A DNA stretch of 46,167 nt from Verrucomicrobiota bacterium (GTDB lineage: Bacteria > Verrucomicrobiota > Verrucomicrobiia > Limisphaerales > CANJXF01). The position numbers were made by a program, and so were the translations under genes. Positions within the stretch are counted from its first letter, which is position 1. Each line of letters begins with the position of its first letter. Below the pieces are notes generated by a model. The model had not been told where the DNA came from. It ran no database searches and was given only the letters and a program-made list of their open reading frames with translations. This document shows positions 16,032-23,544 of this stretch, piece after piece. The DNA lies in assembly GCA_038316905.1 (NCBI GenBank), contig JBBQAX010000002.1, positions 1 through 46,167 of the forward strand, given 5' to 3'.

Positions 16032-18926
16032 CTATTTTCCGGACTCCAATTCCGCGACGCGTTTCTGCACCGTCTCGAATTCGGGAGTGTTTGATGGCGC
16101 GTGTTTTAAATAAATTTTATAATTCTTTAGCTCCTCAGCTTTGTTGTTTTGTTTTCCGGCTATATGCGCGAGTCCGTAATAAACCTGATATTTCGATTTT
16201 GGCGACGCTTCGGCCATTGACGTATAATCGCGCTTAGCCGCATCAAACTTTCCGCTTTGCAGATTTGCAATGGCTCGATTGAGCAATGCATCTTTGTTTT
16301 CCGGTTGTACTTTTAACAATTGATCCAGCGTTGCAACGGCTGGGGCAAATTGACCGGTTTGCATCAATAACACTGCCTTGACGAAAAGACTTCCTGGATC
16401 ATTTCGCGTGAGCTTCAATTGTTTTTCAACACTGTTCAATGCGTTGGTAAATTGCCCTGACGCCACATAAAGCTGGGTTAACAGGGCGAGTTGTGCCTGG
16501 TCTTTTGGGTTCTTCTCAAGCGACTCCAGCAGAACTTTTTCTGCAGCCGGGAAATCCGATTTCGCCACGTGCGAAAGCGCTTCAGTTCTTAATATTTCAA
16601 ATTGGGCGTTGGTGTTGAGAAGAGCAACGGTGGGATCTTCTCGAAGTTGTTGCACCAGTTTGAGGGATTCTTCGGGGCGCTGCAGTTCAATATACGTCTT
16701 CGCCAAGCCCAGCTTTGCCGGAAAATTCTTCGGAGTAAGTTCGAGGGCGCGCATGAAAAACTGTGCCGCCTGTCGAAGATTGCCACCACGCGCGAAACTC
16801 TCCCCCATTTGAAGAAGAAAATTCGGTTCATCGAATGGACCATTCATGGCTAGTGCTCGTTCCCAGGATCGATATTGCTCAATTTTCTTTGCTAAGGAGT
16901 CGTCACGTTGCACTGGCCGGATTTCACCTTTTCGTAGGCCGACATTGAATTGCAGATTGATCTGAGCCACGACGTTCTCGGGATTTAGCGCGTAGGCAGC
17001 AGCAAAGGCATGACCCGCATCCTCCAGCATTTTGGCTTTTTGCAAATATGTTCCCCAGGTGTTTAAGCCCAGAGAATAAAGAGTATTGATCGCGGTGACC
17101 TCTGGACTTTTCCTGCCGAGCGACGCGCGTTTTGGCACTTCGGATTTTATGAACGAATTCCAGAACTCTTTATTTTCAGCCACAATTTCAGGAGGCAATG
17201 TCATCGCGTTGATCCGGTTTGCTGGATATTCCCGAAGTTCGTAAATCAGTTTGTGCGGGACTGGGTAGAACCTCTCGAAGTAGTAACCGAAACTTGGATG
17301 TAGATAATAAATGGCGTGCGTTTTCGCCAGCGTTTCCATGCGCTGAAGCAGTTCAGCATCTTCGATGCGATTGGTTGAGTTCACCGCTGCCCATTGTTTT
17401 CCGTAGCGCCTTTGCAAGTTGCGATGATATTCCGGAAAGGGAAGCAATGAAGTATCGAGCAGAAGGTTTTGCGTTGGTTTCCCCGATTTTGTAAAAGCGG
17501 CCTGGAGCAGATAGAGGCGCGTTGAATCGTCGCTTAACACCACGGTTTTTCCCGTCGGCAAAGTTTCCGCCATTGATGTGGCTAATTTGCGGGAGGCATC
17601 GCTGTTGATCGCTTGAATGACAGGGAAGTTTTTCCAGGCCAATGCGACTGGAACAGCCAATGCAGCCATGCCTGTTGCAACCAGCACAATCACGTTGATC
17701 ATTCGGAATAGTGTCGAAGAGCGCGCCCACTTCTGCGAAGGCTCCCGGCCAAAAACGAGGAGCGCATAGCCGATGAAGTAGCCAACCGTCAAAGCTGTCA
17801 GGTAGTAGAAAGTTAGAAACGGGAAAACGTCAAATCCGAGTTCGCGTGCGCTGAATTTTGGGTCAAAGAACACCCAAAATCCAATTGCCAGGAAAAACAG
17901 ATGAATGACGCGGAACATGAATGCCGTAATCAAGCCGCTGGCATGGCTGACATCACCTCCACGGAAAGAGGGCCAGTGGATGCCGATCATCAGCAGCGGA
18001 AGGAGCGAGGTCAGACCCACCATAAAAAGGTTCAAACGCAGTCGGGTCGCCTGCTTAAATGGCAAGTCGTATAAATAACCCGTCTGAAGGCCGAGGTTCC
18101 CTTTCAATGTTCCAAAAAACGTCTGGTCTGCGTTGCCGGAGAATGCAGCGATGATGGGGAGGAGCAAATAGAGTAGCAGGCCGATTGCGCCGAGACCAAT
18201 CATCCGGGTTATAAACCGGAAATTGAAAAAGCTAAGTCCTTTGATCCAAACCAGAGAAATCAGGAAAAAGGGAAAGAAACCAATCATGGCAAAGTTGTTG
18301 GTGACGCCCACGCCATAAACGAACGCCAGCTTCATAAGCCAGCTTTCATCTTTGGAAACACGAAATTCCAAGAGGCAACGAATCACATACGCAAACAACA
18401 ACAAGTCCAGCATTTCACCCGTCATGGCGATGGCGTGTTCCCAGAACGTGAGCTGAAATCCGAGCACCAGCGCGGCTGCCAGCGGGGGCAGCCAGGCGTA
18501 TGGAATGGTCAGAGAATTTGGCCCGGTTTCACGTTGGCGTTGTTCACGCGTGCGGTCTTGCGGGAGCAAGGCGACAGAGCGCGCGAGCAGACCAAGGGTG
18601 AGGGCGGCGCAAACGGCGGAGAAGATATTCAGCGCGGTCAGTTGCATGCTGCTGCTCAACCAGCGGAACGGATAGGTCAGCAGAAAATGGAGCGGTGCAG
18701 TCACCGGCGCGCGCCAATCCCACTCGGCGATTTTTGCGACGACGGGCAGACTTTTCAATGTCACCCAATGGTTGAGGGTGAAAGCGTAGATCAGCAAAAG
18801 TCCGCCGGTAATTATCCAGGGGAGAACGCGCGCGGCGAAGCAGGATGGTGATTGTTCCCGAAGGGTCTCCGTTTGTTCTGTCGTCATTGGTGCTTTGAGT
18901 TGAAACGATGCTTTAAATGTTGGCAA
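16032..18926 (-). CDS. Large membrane protein: DUF2723 (GT-C fold, TMEM260/PMT-like glycosyltransferase) N-terminal domain + C-terminal TPR repeats
   Basis: The N-terminal ~450 aa are polytopic (…FTLNHWVTLKSLPVVAKIAEWDW…, FQLTFWEHAIAMTGEMLDLLLFAYVIRCLLEF) as in DUF2723 proteins. The C-terminal ~350 aa are TPR-like (repeating A..YA.A..L.P.N patterns). Position 18926 is a TTG; ATG 18887 (MTTEQTE) is an alternative start. Confidence 0.75.
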   Translation of the reverse strand: MPTFKASFQLKAPMTTEQTETLREQSPSCFAARVLPWIITGGLLLIYAFTLNHWVTLKSLPVVAKIAEWDWRAPVTAPLHFLLTYPFRWLSSSMQLTALNIFSAVCAALTLGLLARSVALLPQDRTREQRQRETGPNSLTIPYAWLPPLAAALVLGFQLTFWEHAIAMTGEMLDLLLFAYVIRCLLEFRVSKDESWLMKLAFVYGVGVTNNFAMIGFFPFFLISLVWIKGLSFFNFRFITRMIGLGAIGLLLYLLLPIIAAFSGNADQTFFGTLKGNLGLQTGYLYDLPFKQATRLRLNLFMVGLTSLLPLLMIGIHWPSFRGGDVSHASGLITAFMFRVIHLFFLAIGFWVFFDPKFSARELGFDVFPFLTFYYLTALTVGYFIGYALLVFGREPSQKWARSSTLFRMINVIVLVATGMAALAVPVALAWKNFPVIQAINSDASRKLATSMAETLPTGKTVVLSDDSTRLYLLQAAFTKSGKPTQNLLLDTSLLPFPEYHRNLQRRYGKQWAAVNSTNRIEDAELLQRMETLAKTHAIYYLHPSFGYYFERFYPVPHKLIYELREYPANRINAMTLPPEIVAENKEFWNSFIKSEVPKRASLGRKSPEVTAINTLYSLGLNTWGTYLQKAKMLEDAGHAFAAAYALNPENVVAQINLQFNVGLRKGEIRPVQRDDSLAKKIEQYRSWERALAMNGPFDEPNFLLQMGESFARGGNLRQAAQFFMRALELTPKNFPAKLGLAKTYIELQRPEESLKLVQQLREDPTVALLNTNAQFEILRTEALSHVAKSDFPAAEKVLLESLEKNPKDQAQLALLTQLYVASGQFTNALNSVEKQLKLTRNDPGSLFVKAVLLMQTGQFAPAVATLDQLLKVQPENKDALLNRAIANLQSGKFDAAKRDYTSMAEASPKSKYQVYYGLAHIAGKQNNKAEELKNYKIYLKHAPSNTPEFETVQKRVAELESGK

Positions 18927-18938
18927 GTCTTTGCACTG

Positions 18939-20072
18939 TTACGAACACGCGCGCAAATCGGCGACGCATTCGACATGTTGCGTTTGCGGAAACATGTCCA
19001 GCGGGACGACCTTTGCCAGTTTAAAGACACCACTGGCGCAGAGGACGTTCAAGTCTCGCGCCAAAGTCGCCGGATGGCATGAGACGTAAATGATTTGAGC
19101 AGGACGAACCTGTTCCAATAAACGCATCGTTTCGGGGGGGCACCCGGTGCGAGGCGGATCGAGAATGATTGTGGTCGCGCCTCGATCGTATCGGCCAATC
19201 AAGCCCGGCAAAAGATCCTCGGTGCGGCCGCCAATGAATTCGCCGTTCGTTAACCCGCGTTTCTCCGCGTTGATTTTCGCCGCTTTGATGGCGGGCATAT
19301 CGACTTCGATACCGACAAATTTCTCTACCAGATCGCCGAGTTCCACGCTGAAGAATCCGACGCCGCAATAGGTATCGATCAGAAACCGCGATTTGCTGTC
19401 GCGCAATCGATCGCGCACCGCCTCAACCAGCTTCGGTAACAGGAAAAAATTATTCTGAAAGAATGAATCGCGCGGGAGTTCCCAACCTTCCGGCGGCACG
19501 CGCAGGACCACTTTCAGTCCGCCGCGTTCCGGCGGATTTCTTCGCACCCGTTGAATTTCAACATTCAAAGCAGGCTCCGCGATTTTGCATTCTTCGATGT
19601 CAACGACCAGACGGCTCTCAGCGCGAAGGAACCCAATGTTCAATCCTTGTTTGAACTTGTCCCACTGGCTGCGGATCATGATGCGATTTCGGTATCCGTA
19701 GGGCTGGGGGCAACCCACCACGGGATCGATCAGCGCACCCGAAAATTTTCCCACACGATCAAACAGATCAACGATTTGTTTGTGTTTAATGCGAAGCTGC
19801 GCCGGATAATCGATGTGCTGATATTGGCAGCCGCCGCAATTGCCGAAGTAAGGGCAGGGCGGCGCAACGCGTTCCGGGGAGGATAAAATCACTCTGAGTA
19901 ACTTGGCACGGGCGAATCGTTTTTTGACTTCTACGATCTCGACTTCCACTTCTTCGCCCACCATGACGAACGGAACAAAGATGACAAAATCTTCCAGGCG
20001 CGCAACTCCTTCGCCGCCGAATGCGATGTCGGAGATGGTGACTGAAACGGTATTTCCCAGAGCTAAATTCAC
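18939..20072 (-). CDS. TRAM-domain, Fe-S-containing SAM-dependent RNA (uracil-5-)-methyltransferase (RlmD/RumA/TrmA family)
   Basis: GTG start. N-terminal TRAM domain (VSVTISDIAFGGEGVARL...VEVEIVEVKKRFARAKL), Cys cluster CPYFGNCGGCQYQH, SAM motif DTYCGVGFFS and catalytic end YVSCHPATLARD. Confidence 0.85.
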   Translation of the reverse strand: MNLALGNTVSVTISDIAFGGEGVARLEDFVIFVPFVMVGEEVEVEIVEVKKRFARAKLLRVILSSPERVAPPCPYFGNCGGCQYQHIDYPAQLRIKHKQIVDLFDRVGKFSGALIDPVVGCPQPYGYRNRIMIRSQWDKFKQGLNIGFLRAESRLVVDIEECKIAEPALNVEIQRVRRNPPERGGLKVVLRVPPEGWELPRDSFFQNNFFLLPKLVEAVRDRLRDSKSRFLIDTYCGVGFFSVELGDLVEKFVGIEVDMPAIKAAKINAEKRGLTNGEFIGGRTEDLLPGLIGRYDRGATTIILDPPRTGCPPETMRLLEQVRPAQIIYVSCHPATLARDLNVLCASGVFKLAKVVPLDMFPQTQHVECVADLRACS

Positions 20073-20131
20073 CCGCGCAAGTTACGTGTGGGTCAGAGGT
20101 GGTAAAAGGTTTTTATGGAATTGTCGTATGG

Positions 20132-22753
20132 TCAGTCCGTGCGAATCGCTCGATAAAAGCGATAGGAATTACTTAACGGTTGGCTGAACTCGATGGATTC
20201 AGAATTCAAAATAAAGTTCGTGAGCGGCAACCATTGCGTGAGATTGGTCGAAGTTTGGATTTCATAACCGCCTCCTGCTTCTCCAGTCATCGTGAACTGA
20301 ACTTCCGTTCCATCACCGGATAAAACAACGGAACTGAATTGTGATGGAATCGGCGGCTTCAAAAAATTCAGAACGTTGGCCATGTAGGCTGCACGCGCCG
20401 CAGCGGTCGTAATCGTTTCAAATGGAAACCCAAAATAGAGGACTTTTCCGCCTTCTGCCGAGCCGTCGTATTGGATGGCAGCGCCCCCGTTGGGAACTCC
20501 GAGATAAGTGAGAACCGTTTTCGCGGTGCCAACGGGCGTCAATATTTCTGGCGATTTCACCCAATAAATTCCTTTTGTTCCATCGTCGATGTTTCCGTTC
20601 GCATTTCCACTGAACAAATCATTCGCGACCGGAACGAAGGTATAACTGGATGAATTCGTATTCGCATCCATCGCCAGATCTGCATGCAAATAGTTATTAA
20701 AGAATTCCCGGTCCGCGGAGGTTGGGCCAGCAGCACGGTCCAGTGAGAAAGCGATTCCCGCGCCTGACACAAAAAGATTTCCGTGATTGTTGAGGAACGC
20801 TGCGATTTTGCTTTGGGCCACGCTGTTGAAATTGTCCGAAGAATCCTGACCGCATTCCCAGATCACGATTAGATAATTCGTCAGAGCGATCAGGTTGTTC
20901 GTCACGGCTTCTTTCGAACAGGAATCGAATGGCAAACCGTAGGCGCTAATCGCTTTCCCATGTTGCACGACGTAATCGAACGAATTGTTGACGCGCGGAT
21001 TAACGCGTTCCGCTGGGCCGTTGGTCCCGGCAGGTTGATAATTTTGCGCCGCCGTGGTCTGGCGTAAATTCGTGGTGCGATCAAAGCGATTGAATCCATT
21101 GACGAATAAAACTTTCGATGCGTTGGAATTTACTGTCCATCGGCAGCCCACCGTTTCAGACGGGAACGATTCTCCCGGCGAATTAAATGCGGCGATGCGA
21201 AAATAATAATCTGTGTCGGGCGACAAATCAGTCAGCGTGAGTTCCGTGTTGAAGCGGCTATTGACGATGATTGGATTCCCGAAACCATAACCGTCCGTCG
21301 AACGATAAATCACATAACCACTGTTCAAGCTGCTTCCACCGCTGGAAACGGGAATACCCCACGTCAGTTTGATTCCATTCGTGACGCCAACGGCACGGAG
21401 GTTCGAAGGCGGTTCCGGCAAAAATCCAAGCGCCGCTCCGTCGTACGTGTTCATGTAACGAACGACTCCATGATACGCCGCGCGAGCGACCCAATTGCGA
21501 AACTTTGGATCGCGCATCAAGGCCGCATCCATGGCGTTGTCGTGGAATGCAACTTCGAGAATCGTCGCATCCATTTCGCCATTTAAACGGCCGTGATCGA
21601 TTTCCACGTACGGCCCGGCGAGCGTCGTCGTGGGCCGGACATTCCAGGGAAACTCCAATTGTGAATTCATCAAAGGCAAGTCGTCGTTCAGTTCTTTGGC
21701 AAGGAGGTTGGCGAGTTGCACCTGGCGCGGCGTGGCGTTCGTGTTGTTGTAAAGTCCCACTGTTCCTCGCGCAGCTCCATTAAAAGCATTCGAATGGAAG
21801 CTGATGTAAAGCCGGTTGGTTCTGGCCGTTTGCGGACGATTCATCTCCGCCACCATTTTGGGTCGAGCCATGCGATCTTCGTAATCAGCGGCCTGAGCCG
21901 GCTCCAAATAGATCGATGACGATTGACCCTGACCCAGCGAATTTTGAATCCAATAACGCGCCCCTTCGTCCTGACGTGCGTAAGTTGAACCGGAGTTGCC
22001 CATGCCATTTCCGAATCGGATCGCGTCTGCAATGACGACGGTATTAGTGTCGGCACCGGGTTGATGGTTGCTGACGGCGACAGAGCCATTGGGCGAATTC
22101 GCGCCAGAGTTAAAATAATAGCTGCCTAAATAAACCCAGCCACGTCCGACCATGTGATGCGGAATGCGCACGGTGGATTCTCCGCCCGTGTGACGAACGC
22201 GATAAAGTTGGTTCGTGCGGTTTGCACCGTGTGGAACCCAGGTGTAAACGGGATAAAATCCAGTCACAGGAATATTGGGGGTAAAAGTGGCCAACGCTGT
22301 TTCGTTGGACGAAGAAATAGTTTGGTGAAATCCACTTCCGACCGCGCCGAAATAAACAGTTTCATTGGTGACGTTCGTCCACGAACCGCTGTAACTCACG
22401 CTCGCGCTGGTGTTGTCGATGACGACTTCGTTGGTTTGAAATCCCACCGGCCGAAGCGGCACCACGGTCGCGCCCGCATTGAAACAGTAGTAAACGAAGA
22501 AGTTCATTTGATCCTGATTGCCGTAATCTTCCACCATGTCGTTGCCGGGACTCCGTTGGAGCGACCAATAACTGTTGTTGAAGAAAACCCAACCGTGGCC
22601 GCCGCTGGTGTAGATCACTCGTCCCGAAAGATTTCCAGAAGGTTCACGTAAAGCAGGGGAGATGACGTGGCCAGCGTGTGACGCTTGGGTCCAAAGCAAA
22701 ATCAGAAAACAAAAAAGCGGCGCGAAGAGGCGGACGAATCGAACGTGTTGCAT
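20132..22753 (-). CDS. Secreted multidomain protein: N-acetylmuramoyl-L-alanine amidase (Amidase_3)-like region with an inserted carbohydrate-binding-like domain, FN3 domain, and a C-terminal beta-sandwich module
   Basis: Track ORF trimmed to ATG 22753 (MQHVRFVRLFAPLFCFLILLWTQASHA, a signal peptide). LYISFHSNAFNGAARGTVGLYNN and ILEVAFHDN resemble Amidase_3. The FN3 region is PSNLRAVGVTNGIKLTW...YVIYRS...DTDYYFRIAAFN. The C-terminus ends ...YRFYRAIRTD. Confidence 0.7.
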   Translation of the reverse strand: MQHVRFVRLFAPLFCFLILLWTQASHAGHVISPALREPSGNLSGRVIYTSGGHGWVFFNNSYWSLQRSPGNDMVEDYGNQDQMNFFVYYCFNAGATVVPLRPVGFQTNEVVIDNTSASVSYSGSWTNVTNETVYFGAVGSGFHQTISSSNETALATFTPNIPVTGFYPVYTWVPHGANRTNQLYRVRHTGGESTVRIPHHMVGRGWVYLGSYYFNSGANSPNGSVAVSNHQPGADTNTVVIADAIRFGNGMGNSGSTYARQDEGARYWIQNSLGQGQSSSIYLEPAQAADYEDRMARPKMVAEMNRPQTARTNRLYISFHSNAFNGAARGTVGLYNNTNATPRQVQLANLLAKELNDDLPLMNSQLEFPWNVRPTTTLAGPYVEIDHGRLNGEMDATILEVAFHDNAMDAALMRDPKFRNWVARAAYHGVVRYMNTYDGAALGFLPEPPSNLRAVGVTNGIKLTWGIPVSSGGSSLNSGYVIYRSTDGYGFGNPIIVNSRFNTELTLTDLSPDTDYYFRIAAFNSPGESFPSETVGCRWTVNSNASKVLFVNGFNRFDRTTNLRQTTAAQNYQPAGTNGPAERVNPRVNNSFDYVVQHGKAISAYGLPFDSCSKEAVTNNLIALTNYLIVIWECGQDSSDNFNSVAQSKIAAFLNNHGNLFVSGAGIAFSLDRAAGPTSADREFFNNYLHADLAMDANTNSSSYTFVPVANDLFSGNANGNIDDGTKGIYWVKSPEILTPVGTAKTVLTYLGVPNGGAAIQYDGSAEGGKVLYFGFPFETITTAAARAAYMANVLNFLKPPIPSQFSSVVLSGDGTEVQFTMTGEAGGGYEIQTSTNLTQWLPLTNFILNSESIEFSQPLSNSYRFYRAIRTD

Positions 22754-22814
22754 TCTGTGCAGTTTAGTTGAAGTCGAAGAATTTTCGAGAAGCAAGTTCT
22801 GCGTTCCATTTAGA

Positions 22815-23008
22815 AGGGCGCGATTAAAAGTGGGTGAGATTGGAAAACCTTTGGAGTGCGACGGCAGGACGTCGCTTTTCCTGCGCGCTGGCAACCACAA
22901 AGTCATTTCCAATTAAAAGACGCTCTGCGCTTTATTACCGTGCAGCCAAAGCGGAGACATGTCTCCGCAGTCCAAATGGCCAAGCCTCACCCGCTTTTAA
23001 TCACACCC
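22815..23008. mobile_element. MITE-like repeat, family A, copy 1 (194 bp) with ~22-bp terminal inverted repeats
   Basis: Left end AGGGCGCGATTAAAAGTGGGTG; the right end's reverse complement is GGGGTGTGATTAAAAGCGGGTG. It is roughly 90 percent identical by eye to 28279-28458 and contains a perfect 18-bp palindrome GCGGAGACATGTCTCCGC at 22951-22968. It is intergenic between divergent genes. Confidence 0.75.
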
Positions 23009-23060
23009 CATCTTGTATCCGACCATTTGAGCTTTTGCACAACTCGAAGTAGTTTGTCAC

Positions 23061-23516
23061 ATGAAAGCAGTCAATCTTGCGAGTTTTAATGAGACAGACA
23101 AAGCCGAGGACGTGAAAAATCGCCTTGAACAAGCTGGCATCCACGCCGAAATCTACGATGAATCAAAGCTTCAGAAATTTTGGTTCATGTCGGAGCCGTT
23201 AGCGGGAAAAAAAATTCGAGTCGATGAACGCGACTTCGGCCGAGCCAAGGAAGCTTTGGATGCGATGGATGCCAAGGACGATATTCTGCACTACGCCGTG
23301 CGCTGCCCGGAATGCGGTTCGCCACGAATCGAATACCCTGCCGCGACCAGAAAATTTATCGGGCCGACTCTCGTGGAGATCTTTGCCACGACCACACATA
23401 TCGTGGACAAGGAGTTCTATTGCGAGAATTGCCAACACACCTGGGCCGACAGAGCACATTTGGACAAAGAAACTGACGTCCTAGGATGGCCAGTGAAAAA
23501 CGAAGCCGCGAAATAA
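23061..23516 (+). CDS. Hypothetical protein, DUF2007-like N-terminal domain + Cys4 zinc-ribbon
   Basis: MKAVNLASFNETDKAEDVKNRLEQAGIHAEIYDE matches the DUF2007 'putative signal transducing protein' pattern. CPECG...(48 aa)...CENC forms two CxxC pairs. Confidence 0.6.
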   Translation: MKAVNLASFNETDKAEDVKNRLEQAGIHAEIYDESKLQKFWFMSEPLAGKKIRVDERDFGRAKEALDAMDAKDDILHYAVRCPECGSPRIEYPAATRKFIGPTLVEIFATTTHIVDKEFYCENCQHTWADRAHLDKETDVLGWPVKNEAAK

Positions 23517-23544
23517 TTTGCTGCGGTCGTGTGACGCCGGTAGC

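Noticed and set aside
22885-22905. Sigma-54-like TGGCA element inside the MITE (CTGGCAACCACAAAGTC)
   Set aside because: It lacks the TTGC -12 element at the required spacing, and the motif is altered in copy 2. It is probably coincidental.
22754-22912. N-terminal extensions of several track ORFs (for example 22754-22912, 26077-26244, 1590-1745, 2498-2830, 4048-4119, 10104-10199, 39628-39678)
   Set aside because: The extensions overlap the upstream gene or a repeat. They start at non-ATG codons or lack any signal or motif, whereas an internal ATG gives a canonical family N-terminus or signal peptide and tight operon spacing.
22834-23089. Track ORFs 22834..23052 and 22856..23089 (+) as small proteins
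   Set aside because: They lie almost entirely inside the MITE-like repeat, and the second copy (28279-28458) does not preserve the frames because of indels. They are read-through of repeat DNA.
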